From positions 13,695-77,694 of the forward strand of contig JBJXEA010000011.1 in assembly GCA_046155285.1 (NCBI GenBank): DNA of 64,000 bases. Direction: 5' to 3'. The position numbers and the translations under genes are program-made. Positions 46,137-55,999 of this stretch are shown here, in pieces. This stretch comes from Methylophilaceae bacterium. Lineage in GTDB: Bacteria > Pseudomonadota > Gammaproteobacteria > Burkholderiales > Methylophilaceae. The notes below the pieces were generated by a model, which was not told where the DNA came from, did no database searches, and saw only the letters and a program-made list of their open reading frames with translations. Within the stretch, counting starts at the first letter, position 1; each line of letters begins with the position of its first letter.

Positions 46137-46967
46137 GTGCTAATTCGTTTGTTACGTTTGTTTGCCCGCCTCCCACTTTCGGTGAATCATTTCTTCGGTA
46201 TCTTGGTGGGCTGGATTATGTATCTCACATCACCCAGCTACGCCGCTAGGCTACGCGACAATCTACGCGCCAGCGGCACTTTTGCTGGCGTTGCCGCGTA
46301 TAAAAAAATGCTGCATCACAACATTGCCGAAACCGGCAAAAGCGTGAGCGAAGCCTTCGCCATTTGGTTTCGCCCGCAGCAAGAGGTGCTGGAATGGGTA
46401 CGCGCCTGCCACGGCTGGCAACACGTAGAAGACGCCCTCGCCGCCAAACGCGGCATCATCTTCCTTACCCCGCACCTAGGCTGCTTTGAAATTACCGCGC
46501 AGTATTATGCCGCCAACTATCCCATCAGCGTACTCTACCGTCCACCACGTAAAACTTGGCTGGAACCCTTGATCCACGAAGGCCGCGCCCGTACCAAAAT
46601 CAAACTAGCACCGACAAATCTGCAAGGGGTGAAAGGTTTGCTCAAGGCGCTGAAAAGTGGCGAGGCAATCGGCATTCTGCCAGACCAAGTCCCCAGCGCT
46701 GGCGAAGGCGAATGGCAAGACTTTTTTGGCCGTCCCGCTTATACCATGACCTTGGTTAATCGGCTGGCGCAATCCACCGGTGCTCAAGTGCTGCTGGCCT
46801 ATGGTGAGCGGCTGGCGGATGGTACGGGATATGTCATTCACATTGAACCCAGCACGATCGAGAACGGCTTGAATGCCTCACTTGAATCTTTAATCCGGCG
46901 CTGCCCGGAGCAATATCTGTGGGCTTATAATCGCTATAAAACCCCGCGCGGAGTCACCAAACCATGA
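46137..46967 (+). CDS. Lipid A biosynthesis (LpxL/HtrB-family) acyltransferase
   Basis: HLGCFE (HX4D/E) acyltransferase motif; GTG start. Confidence 0.7.
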   Translation: MLIRLLRLFARLPLSVNHFFGILVGWIMYLTSPSYAARLRDNLRASGTFAGVAAYKKMLHHNIAETGKSVSEAFAIWFRPQQEVLEWVRACHGWQHVEDALAAKRGIIFLTPHLGCFEITAQYYAANYPISVLYRPPRKTWLEPLIHEGRARTKIKLAPTNLQGVKGLLKALKSGEAIGILPDQVPSAGEGEWQDFFGRPAYTMTLVNRLAQSTGAQVLLAYGERLADGTGYVIHIEPSTIENGLNASLESLIRRCPEQYLWAYNRYKTPRGVTKP

Positions 46968-47794
46968 AACTACCATTCACCAAAATGCACGGCGCAGGCA
47001 ACGATTTTGTGGTGCTGGACGGCATCAACCAAATTTTTAGCCTGACCACCGAGCAAATCCGCCACATTGCCGACCGCCATTTTGGCGTTGGGTGCGATCA
47101 GTTGTTGCTGGTGGAAAAAGCCAGCGTGGCCGATGCCGATTTTCGCTATCGCATCTTTAATGCCGACGGCGGCGAGGTGGAGCAGTGCGGCAACGGCGCA
47201 CGTTGTTTTGTGCGTTTTGTGCATGATGTTGGTTTGACGCAAAAAACTGAAATTCGCGTGCAAACTATGTGTGGCATGATTACGCTCAAGCTGGAGGCCG
47301 ATGACACGGTCACTGTCAACATGGGTGCGCCGTGCTTTGCGCCGGAGAAAATTCCGTTTTTGGCAAATTCACAGGCGTTGACTTATGCTTTGCCGCTAGG
47401 AAATCAAGCCGTGGAAATCGGCGCGTTATCTATGGGAAATCCTCATGCGGTGCAGGTGGTGAGTGACGTGGAATCCGCGCCAGTGTTGGTACAAGGCGCA
47501 GAAATTGAGCGTCACACGCAATTTCCTCAGCGGGTCAACGCAGGCTTTATGCAAGTGATGAATCGCCAACACATCAAGCTTAGAGTTTATGAACGCGGCG
47601 CAGGTGAAACCTTGGCTTGCGGCACGGGCGCTTGTGCTGCGGTGGTGCATGGCATTCAGCTTGGGCTGCTGGATTCGCCAGTCAAGGTCAGCGCACGCGG
47701 CGGTGAGTTGAACATCGCCTGGGCGGGGGACGAGCAGCCGGTGATGATGAGCGGCGCGGCGGTGGTAGTATTCAAAGGTGAAATCAATGTTTAA
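46964..47794 (+). CDS. dapF: Diaminopimelate epimerase
   Basis: [29 protein letters not shown] and ACGTGACA catalytic cysteines. Confidence 0.95.
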   Translation: MKLPFTKMHGAGNDFVVLDGINQIFSLTTEQIRHIADRHFGVGCDQLLLVEKASVADADFRYRIFNADGGEVEQCGNGARCFVRFVHDVGLTQKTEIRVQTMCGMITLKLEADDTVTVNMGAPCFAPEKIPFLANSQALTYALPLGNQAVEIGALSMGNPHAVQVVSDVESAPVLVQGAEIERHTQFPQRVNAGFMQVMNRQHIKLRVYERGAGETLACGTGACAAVVHGIQLGLLDSPVKVSARGGELNIAWAGDEQPVMMSGAAVVVFKGEINV

Positions 47795-47805
47795 GGGACA
47801 AAATA

Positions 47806-48480
47806 ATGGAATTAGATGATGTAGCAGTAGCTCAGTTTTTACGCGCCGACCCGCAGTTTTTTGAGCGCAATTTGAATCTGCTGGAAGAAATCTCCCTGCC
47901 CGACCCGCACGGCGGCGCGGCGGTCTCGATGACGGAGCGCCAGCAGGCAGCGTTGCGCGAAAAAATGCGTGCGTTAGAAAGCAGGTTGCTAGATTTACTG
48001 GCCTTTGGTGAGACCAATGACGTGATTGGCGAGCGCATCCACCGCCTGACCTGCGCCATTTTGGAAACCACCAGCTTCGCCAGCCTGATCACCACGGTGG
48101 TAAATAATCTGCGCGACGATTTCCAAGTGCCGCATGTGGCGGTGCGTCTGTGGGCGAGTGCAAAAAGCGGCGACGATGCCAATCTTGTGCAGTTTGCCAC
48201 GGTGGCGGAGGATTTCCGTACTTGGGCGAATGGCTTCAAAACGCCCTACTGCGGCCATCATCCAGAAATGAGCATGACTGACTGGTTTGGCTCGGCCCCC
48301 GCTGAAAATGGCGCTCCGTTGCAATCTTTTGCGCTAATTCCTTTGCGCGACGGACACACGCTGGGCTTACTGGCTTTGGCCAGCCCTGATCCACAGCGCT
48401 TTTATCCCGATATGGGCACGCTGTTTTTACAGCGCATCAGCGACATGCTCAGCGCGGCGCTTTCGCGGTATGTAGTCTAA
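47806..48480 (+). CDS. DUF484 family protein
   Basis: The conserved dapF-DUF484-xerC arrangement; N-terminus VAQFLRADPQFFE. Confidence 0.8.
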   Translation: MELDDVAVAQFLRADPQFFERNLNLLEEISLPDPHGGAAVSMTERQQAALREKMRALESRLLDLLAFGETNDVIGERIHRLTCAILETTSFASLITTVVNNLRDDFQVPHVAVRLWASAKSGDDANLVQFATVAEDFRTWANGFKTPYCGHHPEMSMTDWFGSAPAENGAPLQSFALIPLRDGHTLGLLALASPDPQRFYPDMGTLFLQRISDMLSAALSRYVV

Positions 48481-48482
48481 AA

Positions 48483-49388
48483 ATGGGGGCAGATGCTGCA
48501 CCGGAATCTGCCAACCCCCTGTTAAGCGCCTATCTGGCGCACCTAGCCAACGAACGCGGCTTGAGTCCTTTAAGCCGCGAAAATTATGCGCGGGATATTC
48601 TGATGTTGCTGCAATTGGCTGGCAACACTGACCTCAACACCCTGCAAGTCGCGCATATCCGCCGTTTTGTCGCCGCCATGCACTCTAAAGGCTTAGGCGG
48701 CAAAAGCATCGCGCGGCGCTTGTCCGCTTGGCGTGGTTTCTTTCAATTCCTCATCCACAGACACGGCTTCGACAACAATCCTTGCATTGGAATGCGTGCG
48801 CCAAAATCGCCCAAAACCTTGCCGCAAGCGCTCTCCGCCGACCAAGCAGGAAAGTTAGTGGAAATTGAGGACGACAGCCTGCTTGCGGTGCGCGACTGCG
48901 CCATATTCGAGCTGTTTTATTCCTCTGGATTGCGTTTGGCGGAGTTGGTGGGGCTGGATGTGGGTGGTTTGGACTTGCGCGATGCGACTGTTACCGTCAC
49001 CGGCAAAGGCAACAAAACGCGCATCGTACCGGTCGGCAGCAAAGCCATAGAAGCCGCACAGCGCTGGCTGGAATTGCGCCCAATGATTGCTGCCGAGAAT
49101 GAGGCCGCGCTATTCCTCAACAATCGTGGAAAACGGCTGTCACCCCGCGCCGTGCAATACCGCATCAAATACTGGGCGATCAAACAAGGCGTGGCGGGCG
49201 ATGTGCATCCACACACTTTGCGCCACAGCTTCGCCACCCATGTGCTGCAATCTTCCGGAGATTTACGCGCAGTGCAAGAAATGCTAGGTCACGCCAATAT
49301 TTCTACTACGCAGGTTTATACGCATTTGGATTTTCAGCATCTGGCTAAGGTGTATGACCAAGCGCACCCACGAGCGAAGAAGAAATAG
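48483..49388 (+). CDS. xerC: Tyrosine recombinase XerC
   Basis: R…HxxR…Y catalytic set (HTLRHSFATH…TQVYTH). Confidence 0.9.
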   Translation: MGADAAPESANPLLSAYLAHLANERGLSPLSRENYARDILMLLQLAGNTDLNTLQVAHIRRFVAAMHSKGLGGKSIARRLSAWRGFFQFLIHRHGFDNNPCIGMRAPKSPKTLPQALSADQAGKLVEIEDDSLLAVRDCAIFELFYSSGLRLAELVGLDVGGLDLRDATVTVTGKGNKTRIVPVGSKAIEAAQRWLELRPMIAAENEAALFLNNRGKRLSPRAVQYRIKYWAIKQGVAGDVHPHTLRHSFATHVLQSSGDLRAVQEMLGHANISTTQVYTHLDFQHLAKVYDQAHPRAKKK

Positions 49389-50036
49389 TTACTGCACCCT
49401 TCCATCCTCCAGCTTCAACCTCACCGCGTCCCGCATCTCCGCCAACTCCTTGTCATGCGTGGCAATCACCACGCAGTTGTTCGCATCGCGCATGTGCGCG
49501 ATGAGTTCCACCACTTGCTCACGGGCGGCATCGTCCAAATTGGCGGTGGGTTCGTCTAGCAGCAACAATTCTGGTTTCAGTACTCGCGCTCTAGCCATCG
49601 CCACGCGCTGCTTTTCGCCACCGGAGAGTTGGTTGGGCGGCACGTCGCGTAAGTGAGCAATTCCCGCCCATGCCATTTCAGCGGCGACTAGCGCTTCGCG
49701 TTCTGCTCTGGGAACTCCGCGCAGCTTGAGGCCATAGCCTATATTGGCGGCGACGCTGGTGTAGAACAGGTAGGAATGTTGGTGGACGTAGATCAGTCTT
49801 GGAGCCAAAGCTGCGCGTTCAGCGGCGTTGTTAACGATCTGTTCGTCAAAATGAAATTGCCCGCCATCTGGGGCTTCCAGCCCGGCCATGATTCTGAGCA
49901 GCGTAGTTTTGCCCACGCCGTTTTCGCCCAGCAACAAATAGGTGTTACTGCGATTCAATTCCAGCGCGGCGATATTCAGCAGCAGCCTTGTACCATACGA
50001 TTTTTGTAAGCCTTGCAATGAAAAAATGGGGTTCAT
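49389..50036 (-). CDS. tupC: ABC transporter ATPase (Tup-type, no TOBE domain)
   Basis: Walker A GENGVGKTT; signature LSGGEKQR; Walker B LLLLDEP. Confidence 0.7.
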   Translation of the reverse strand: MNPIFSLQGLQKSYGTRLLLNIAALELNRSNTYLLLGENGVGKTTLLRIMAGLEAPDGGQFHFDEQIVNNAAERAALAPRLIYVHQHSYLFYTSVAANIGYGLKLRGVPRAEREALVAAEMAWAGIAHLRDVPPNQLSGGEKQRVAMARARVLKPELLLLDEPTANLDDAAREQVVELIAHMRDANNCVVIATHDKELAEMRDAVRLKLEDGRVQ

Positions 50037-50728
50037 CGCGTAAGCCCTTTGCCTTGGAAAAAGGCCATCGCAAAATTGACGCTGAGCGCTAAAGCCACCA
50101 GCACCACACCCAAGGCAATGCCCTGCGCGAACTCACCCTTGCTAGTTTCCAGCGCGATGGCTGTGGTGATGTTGCGCGTCAACCCAGCGATGTTGCCGCC
50201 TACCATCATGGCACAGCCGATTTCTGACAGTACGCGCCCAAAACCCGTAGTAATGGCCACCAGCACTGCGAAACGCGCTTCTAGCAACACTGTCCACATC
50301 GCTTGCAGCGGCGACGCGCCCAAAGTTTTGGCGGTTTCTGCGGCGCGCTTGTCCACACTTTGTACGGCGGAAAGTGTCATGGCAGCGAGTATGGGGAAGG
50401 CTAGCACGGCTTGGCCGAGAATCATGGCCTGTTGCGTGAACAGCCAATGCCACGCACCGAGTGCGCCTTGGCGTGACAGCAGCAAATACATGATGAGACC
50501 AATGACGACGGTGGGCAGCGCCAGCAGGGTTTGCAACAATACGACCAACACCCGCCGCCCGGGAAAGGTGAATGTAGCCAATGCGAAGCCCAAAGCCACG
50601 GCTGGCGGCACAGCGCAGATGAGCGCGATGCTAGAAACACGCAGCGACACCCAGATAATGTTCCACAGCGTAGGGTCGCCGCTGAGGATGAGGGTAAAAG
50701 CTTGTTGCGTGGCTCCGAGTAAGGTCAT
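50033..50728 (-). CDS. tupB: ABC transporter permease (Tup-type)
   Basis: Six hydrophobic segments with an EAA-like loop; overlaps the flanking transporter genes. Confidence 0.7.
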   Translation of the reverse strand: MTLLGATQQAFTLILSGDPTLWNIIWVSLRVSSIALICAVPPAVALGFALATFTFPGRRVLVVLLQTLLALPTVVIGLIMYLLLSRQGALGAWHWLFTQQAMILGQAVLAFPILAAMTLSAVQSVDKRAAETAKTLGASPLQAMWTVLLEARFAVLVAITTGFGRVLSEIGCAMMVGGNIAGLTRNITTAIALETSKGEFAQGIALGVVLVALALSVNFAMAFFQGKGLTR

Positions 50729-51540
50729 TTAGCCGATGGCGTGAATAACTGTTCGCCGCCCACCTTGAAGCTCGCAATCAAGCTTTGCCCCTCTGTGGAA
50801 GTCATCCAGTTAATAAGCTGAGTCGCGCCCTTGTAATTGGCATCTGGATATTTCTTGGGATTGACGGCGATGATGCCGTAGGGGTTGTACATCTTGGGGT
50901 CACCCTGCACCAAGATGGGCAAGCCTATCCTGTCCTTGAACGTCAGATAAGTGCCGCGGTCGGTCATGGTATAGGCGCGCATTTCGCCGGACATCATCAG
51001 CACTTCGCCCATGCCCTGCCCGGCAGACACATACCACGCGCCTTCCGGCTTGGTGCTGAGTGATTTCCAATAGCTTTTTTCCATCTGGTCAGTGCCGGAA
51101 TCATCACCACGCGACACGAAGCGCCATTTGCGATCGGCAATCTTTTTCATGGCCGCCAGCACGTCCTTCTCGCCATTAATTTTTGCTGGATCGTTATTAG
51201 GGCCAATCAAGATGAAGTCGTTGTACATCACGTCCTTGCGGTCTATACCGTGACCCGCCGCCACAAAGGCATCTTCGGCCGGACGCGCATGTACCAGCAC
51301 CACATCCACATTGCCGTCTTCGCCAAGCTTCAGCGCTTTGCCGCTACCCACGGAAATAACGTTGACCTTGCAGCCACATTTAGCCTCAAACTTGGGTAAC
51401 ACATATTCCAGCAATCCAGAATTGGCCGTGCTGGTGGTGGTGGCGAGGCGGATGACGGACTTTTCCGCAGCTTGGACGGGAAAAGTGGCGAATGCCGTTG
51501 CCAGCAACGCACCCAAAAATACGCGCATATATTGTTTCAT
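50725..51540 (-). CDS. tupA: Periplasmic oxyanion (tungstate/molybdate)-binding protein, TupA-like
   Basis: Signal peptide; LATTTSTANSGLL (TTTS motif as recalled for TupA proteins); SD GGAGAAG. Confidence 0.7.
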   Translation of the reverse strand: MKQYMRVFLGALLATAFATFPVQAAEKSVIRLATTTSTANSGLLEYVLPKFEAKCGCKVNVISVGSGKALKLGEDGNVDVVLVHARPAEDAFVAAGHGIDRKDVMYNDFILIGPNNDPAKINGEKDVLAAMKKIADRKWRFVSRGDDSGTDQMEKSYWKSLSTKPEGAWYVSAGQGMGEVLMMSGEMRAYTMTDRGTYLTFKDRIGLPILVQGDPKMYNPYGIIAVNPKKYPDANYKGATQLINWMTSTEGQSLIASFKVGGEQLFTPSAK

Positions 51541-51552
51541 TATCTTCTCCGT

Positions 51553-53064
51553 TTAGAAATCGTACTGGGCACGCATGGTGAGTGCGTCTTCCGAGTTCAG
51601 TGTTGCGTTCGCTCCGTTGACGCGCACCGTAATCGGTGTGTAGAACTTAGTATGGACGTAATCGAATATCAGTCTAGCGTTGGGGTTGATTATCCAGTTT
51701 ACCCCCACCGTCCACGCGTCAGCCTCGTTGGTTGCTGTGACCAGACCATCCGGTAGTGAGGCTATCACAGCCGCCACGTTGTTGCTTCCGGTCAAGCCGG
51801 AATTAACCAGCAACACACCAGTTCCTGCCGCATTGGTGGTGGTGAAATCCGAAGCATCAAACTTGGAGTAGCGCATACCAATCTGGAATGCGCCCCAGCC
51901 GGAATCGCCAAAGTTGCTCTTCGGTTTTAAGCGGCCAAATACGCCATCCTTGTACATGTCAGCGAAAGCCTCACCGGTTACATTCCACATTGCACCGGCG
52001 TACCAAGAATCAATATTCCGGCTGTAGCCTGGGCCATCAAAGCTGCTTTCGATGTATTCCCCCTGAAGCTTGACCGAACCATACGCCAGCGCGGATTCAA
52101 GGCCATAGCGGTCACGGTCAACATTATCTTTAAAGGCGTTGGCGGTAGGCAGACCCGTTGTGGTTGCAGTTGGACACGCACCAGTTACAGTACCAGAACA
52201 GCTGGTAGAGAAAAATTGCGCACCGCGACCTTCGGTTTGTCCGGTGGGGATGAAGTTAGCAATGCGACGTGAACCTTCCTGCCCGCGCCCGTACCAGCCG
52301 CCAAAATGAACGACCATATTTTGCAAATCGGCCAGCTCGGCTAAGTTACCGGTCGCGCGTACCGTCAGATCCTTATTGTCATTTTTGGCGTTAGGTTCGT
52401 CCGTTGTTCCTGCGCCATTGATGTAAGCTAGGCTGTAATAGGTACCTGCAATAGGCGAACCATGAACCATAATGCCTCGGTCATAGGTACTCCCCAGCAG
52501 TGAGTCAGCCATCGAGCGTTCCTGAAAATCCAGAAAGTTCGTACTCATAGCACGTTCCAAACCGTAAAACGGTTTGAACTGACCTATACGCAGCTTGGCT
52601 TGCTTAAATTTGTTGATGTCAAAATAGCCGTAGGTGAGCGTAGTGCTGCCGCCGGAATACTCACCTTCCACGCGAGCGGAAAAATTTTTGTAGAAGGTCG
52701 CCGTACCACCGATACGCGCACGCCGCAAACTGAAGGTATCAGCGGCTGAAGCATCAGGATGAAAGTCGCGGTAGTCTGCTTGGATGCGCCCGTTGAGGGC
52801 GATTTGCCAGTTGCCGGAACCATCCTCCAGCGTGACACCATCCTTGAACGAAGCATAGACAGGATTGCCCTTGCTTTTGCCTTTTTCCTCTATCTTGGTG
52901 TCTTTTGTTTGCGCCATTTGCTGTTGCACCGCCATCAGTTCTTCGCTCAAAACTTTTAGCTGCTTCTCTAAGGCTTCAATCCGTGCTGCCGCCTCAGCAT
53001 CATCGGCTATCGCTTGCCCGTTCAAAGCCAGCAACAGCGCCATCCCCACCCATTTTAATTTCAT
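51553..53064 (-). CDS. OprO/OprP-family anion-selective porin
   Basis: ATG 53064 lies 6 nt after GGAG. Signal peptide, N-terminal coiled-coil segment, beta-barrel ending …MRAQYDF. Confidence 0.8.
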   Translation of the reverse strand: MKLKWVGMALLLALNGQAIADDAEAAARIEALEKQLKVLSEELMAVQQQMAQTKDTKIEEKGKSKGNPVYASFKDGVTLEDGSGNWQIALNGRIQADYRDFHPDASAADTFSLRRARIGGTATFYKNFSARVEGEYSGGSTTLTYGYFDINKFKQAKLRIGQFKPFYGLERAMSTNFLDFQERSMADSLLGSTYDRGIMVHGSPIAGTYYSLAYINGAGTTDEPNAKNDNKDLTVRATGNLAELADLQNMVVHFGGWYGRGQEGSRRIANFIPTGQTEGRGAQFFSTSCSGTVTGACPTATTTGLPTANAFKDNVDRDRYGLESALAYGSVKLQGEYIESSFDGPGYSRNIDSWYAGAMWNVTGEAFADMYKDGVFGRLKPKSNFGDSGWGAFQIGMRYSKFDASDFTTTNAAGTGVLLVNSGLTGSNNVAAVIASLPDGLVTATNEADAWTVGVNWIINPNARLIFDYVHTKFYTPITVRVNGANATLNSEDALTMRAQYDF

Positions 53065-53099
53065 GATTTTCTCCAAAGTAAAAACGGGCGTATTTTAAC

Positions 53100-53133
53100 C
53101 TATATATCGAGCGATATGCACCGCCGAATATAG
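53100..53133. promoter_or_regulatory. TATAT-rich inverted repeat CTATATATCG-N15-CGAATATAG (candidate ModE-type operator)
   Basis: Direct reading. It lies in the 82-nt gap upstream of the porin-tupABC operon. Confidence 0.35.
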
Positions 53134-53146
53134 TGCCGCTTTGAAA

Positions 53147-53491
53147 TTACTTGGCGAGGAGTTTTAGCAAGGCTTGTAGGTCATTCTCAATATGTGTGGC
53201 AGCTTTGTTTTCTAAGGCTTGGTAGCGTCGCAACACGTCCAGTCCAAATGCAGTCAACTGTGCGCCGCCGCCTTGTACGCCGCCAGTGGCAGTGCTAACC
53301 AATGGCTCACGAAACGCTTGGTTCATGGTGGAAACCAAATCCCAAGCACGCTTGTAGGACATACCCATAGACTTTGCAGCGGCAGAAATGGAACCTTGTT
53401 GTGCTATAGCTTCCAGCAAAACCGCTTTACCCGGGCCAATGGCGGAAAGTTTGCCGTAGGGAATGCGGATTTTGACGTGTTGTTGGCTCAT
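53147..53491 (-). CDS. ModE N-terminal-domain-only (winged HTH) regulator
   Basis: GPGKAVLLEAIAQQGSISAAAKSMGMSYKRAWDLV matches the ModE/LysR-type HTH. 115 aa, with no Mop/TOBE domains. Confidence 0.75.
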   Translation of the reverse strand: MSQQHVKIRIPYGKLSAIGPGKAVLLEAIAQQGSISAAAKSMGMSYKRAWDLVSTMNQAFREPLVSTATGGVQGGGAQLTAFGLDVLRRYQALENKAATHIENDLQALLKLLAK

Positions 53492-53542
53492 GGCTTTCTC
53501 GCTGTGAAGGGCATAGAATAGACATCTTAACGCAAACTGACA

Positions 53543-54547
53543 ATGATGAATCAAACGCCCCCAACTCTGATTGACCAATTCGGCCGCAAAGTGGACTATA
53601 TTCGTCTTTCCATCACCGACCGCTGCGATTTCCGCTGTGTGTATTGCATGGCCGAAGACATGACGTTTTTGCCGCGCGACGAGGTGTTGAGTTTAGAAGA
53701 ATGTGCGCGGCTGGTGCGCGTGTTTGTGGGCTTGGGCGTGAGCAAAATTCGCATCACCGGCGGCGAGCCGCTAGTGCGCAAAAACGCGCTGTGGCTATTT
53801 CAGGAAATCGGCCAACTGCCCGGCCTACGCGAATTGGTCACCACCACCAACGGCTCGCAACTGGAACACATGGCGACAGATTTACGCGCCGCCAATGTGA
53901 GCCGCATCAACATCAGCGTGGATAGTCTGGATGCCGCACGCTTCAAGAAAATCACCCGTACTGGCGACTTGGACAAAGTGCTGCGTGGGCTACAAGCGGC
54001 TAAACAAGCGGGGTTCAAGAGCATCAAGCTCAACACTGTGCTAATGCGCGGCTTTAACGACGACGAAGCAGAGAACTTGGTTAGGTTCGCCATCAATCAG
54101 GAAATTGACATCGCTTTCATCGAAGAGATGCCGCTCGGCGAAGTTGACCATACCCGTGACTCCACTTACGTCAGCAACGCCGACACCCTAGCGCGGCTGC
54201 AAAAACAATTCACCCTCGTCAGCAGCGCCGAAACCACCGGTGGCCCAGCAAAATACTGGCGCGTAGCTAATTCCCACACCAAAATCGGCTTTATTTCGCC
54301 GCACAGCCACAATTTTTGCGAGTCCTGCAACCGTGTGCGAATTACCTGCAAAGGTGAGTTGTACTTGTGCTTAGGGCAAGAGGATAAAGTAGATTTGATG
54401 CCGCTGTTGCGTGAATACCCGCATGACGATCAGCCTTTGCGCGAGGCCATTTTGCAGAGCATGACCGTCAAACCGAAAGGTCACGATTTTGACCTCCGTA
54501 GAGCAGAGCCAGCCGTCATACGTTTCATGTCCGTCACAGGTGGTTAA
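53543..54547 (+). CDS. moaA: GTP 3',8-cyclase MoaA
   Basis: Radical-SAM CDFRCVYC cluster motif and C-terminal CESCNRVRITCKG cluster. Confidence 0.95.
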   Translation: MMNQTPPTLIDQFGRKVDYIRLSITDRCDFRCVYCMAEDMTFLPRDEVLSLEECARLVRVFVGLGVSKIRITGGEPLVRKNALWLFQEIGQLPGLRELVTTTNGSQLEHMATDLRAANVSRINISVDSLDAARFKKITRTGDLDKVLRGLQAAKQAGFKSIKLNTVLMRGFNDDEAENLVRFAINQEIDIAFIEEMPLGEVDHTRDSTYVSNADTLARLQKQFTLVSSAETTGGPAKYWRVANSHTKIGFISPHSHNFCESCNRVRITCKGELYLCLGQEDKVDLMPLLREYPHDDQPLREAILQSMTVKPKGHDFDLRRAEPAVIRFMSVTGG

Positions 54548-54554
54548 TCCACCC

Positions 54555-55364
54555 ATGCTTTATCGCCCCCAACTCACCAACGCCAGCCGCCAAGCCACTT
54601 TCCCCGCCATCGCCACGGATGAACACGGTGCACAAGTACCGGTGGAAATCGCCGGCGAACATCCGCTAACTTTGTATCTCGACAAGCGCGAAATCGTCAC
54701 CCTGATGACCTTGGGCGACTCGCCGGAAGCCTTGATTATTGGCTATTTGCGTAACCAAAAACTGGTGAAAAAACTAGAAGATATCGTGGCGGTGCAAGTA
54801 GATTGGGAAACCAACGCCGTCGCGGTGACCACTAACAGGCAGATTGACGACTTGGATGAGCGCCTAGGAAAACGCACCGTCACCACCGGCTGCGGCCAAG
54901 GCACGGTGTTTGGCGACGTGATGGAAGACATCAGCCACTTGAGCTTGCCGGATGATGTGACGCTCAGCAACAAGACTTTATATGCGCTGCTGGAAATCCT
55001 GCGCCACCACGATACGCTGTATAAAAAGTCCGGTGCATTGCATAGTTGCGCTTTAGCCAAAGACAGTGAAATTCTCTATCACGTCGAAGACGTAGGCCGC
55101 CACAACGCTGTGGATGCGATTGCCGGCTTTATGTGGCTGGATGGCGTGACTGGAGCTGACAAGATTTTCTACACCACCGGACGCTTAACCTCAGAAATGG
55201 TCATCAAAGCCGCGCAGATGGGCATTCCTTTCATCGTCTCGCGTTCCGGCATTACGCAGATGGGGTATGAAGTGGCGCAGCAAGTGGGAATTACATTGAT
55301 AGGGCGTGCCAAAGGTATGCATTACTTGTTATTTACTGGCGAACATCGGTTTCAGCGCACGTGA
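54555..55364 (+). CDS. fdhD: Formate dehydrogenase accessory sulfurtransferase FdhD
   Basis: …TTGCGQG…VGRHNAVD… motifs. ATG 54555 avoids the overlap with moaA. Confidence 0.85.
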   Translation: MLYRPQLTNASRQATFPAIATDEHGAQVPVEIAGEHPLTLYLDKREIVTLMTLGDSPEALIIGYLRNQKLVKKLEDIVAVQVDWETNAVAVTTNRQIDDLDERLGKRTVTTGCGQGTVFGDVMEDISHLSLPDDVTLSNKTLYALLEILRHHDTLYKKSGALHSCALAKDSEILYHVEDVGRHNAVDAIAGFMWLDGVTGADKIFYTTGRLTSEMVIKAAQMGIPFIVSRSGITQMGYEVAQQVGITLIGRAKGMHYLLFTGEHRFQRT

Positions 55365-55490
55365 TAGATCTACTTAACATCTGGGCTTTAGAGCGGTGAC
55401 CGATAAATCGCTTGCAGAGGCGCTGAGAAAGCTGATCATAGGTCTCGTAAGTGTCTAACTACCGTACTCCTCATGAGGTCTTCCAAGAGG

Positions 55491-55976
55491 TTAAGCGTGG
55501 TGCGGTTGTAATGTAAACTCACCTAACAATTCCACAATAAACTCCCATTCTCGGGGGTCAACTGGCGTAATCGACAACCGATTACCGCGCTGCAAAATCC
55601 GCATATGCGCGAGTTCAGGGTAGGCGCGTAGTGCCGCCAAACTAAGCAGATTGGTTTTGCGGACGAGTTTCACGTCCACATTCAGCCAACGTGGGTTTTC
55701 AGAGGTGGATTTTGGGTCAAAATACTTATGATTGGGGATGAACTGCAAACGGTCAGGATAGGCCAGTTTACCCACTTCTGCCAAGCCCGCAATGCCTGGT
55801 TCGGCACAGTTAGAGTGATAAAACAACACGCCGTCGCCTAACTGCATTTGGTCGCGCATAAAGTTACGTGCTTGGTAGTTGCGAACACCGTACCAATCTA
55901 CGGTCTGATTGGGAAAGTTGGCAAGGTCGTCAATGGAAACGTCCGAGGGTTCGGATTTCATTAGCCAGTAGCGCAT
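55491..55976 (-). CDS. EVE (PUA-like) domain protein
   Basis: MRYWLMKSEP…GVRNYQARNFMRD…GDGVLFYHS typical EVE core. Confidence 0.8.
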   Translation of the reverse strand: MRYWLMKSEPSDVSIDDLANFPNQTVDWYGVRNYQARNFMRDQMQLGDGVLFYHSNCAEPGIAGLAEVGKLAYPDRLQFIPNHKYFDPKSTSENPRWLNVDVKLVRKTNLLSLAALRAYPELAHMRILQRGNRLSITPVDPREWEFIVELLGEFTLQPHHA

Positions 55977-55999
55977 GGGGAATGGTCAAGGAGAAAAAT

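Noticed and set aside
49386-49391. Convergent xerC and tupC stops with no spacer at all and no terminator
   Set aside because: Real, but probably just compact genome organisation. It carries no signal beyond stop-to-stop abutment.
50049-50732. 227-aa ORF on the plus strand
   Set aside because: It is antisense across the whole tupB permease gene. Its Ala/Ser/Thr-rich low-complexity translation is the reverse frame of a hydrophobic protein.
53492-53542. Moco riboswitch upstream of moaA (and upstream of the porin-tup operon at 53065-53146)
   Set aside because: The gaps (51 nt and 82 nt) are too short for the roughly 130-nt Moco RNA motif, and no matching conserved helices were seen.
55365-55490. 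A 10-bp perfect palindrome CCTCATGAGG and a short frame (VTDKSLAEALRKLIIGLVSV) in the fdhD-EVE gap
   Set aside because: The palindrome has no loop or U-tract, and the 20-codon frame has no SD and no recognisable domain. Evidence is insufficient.
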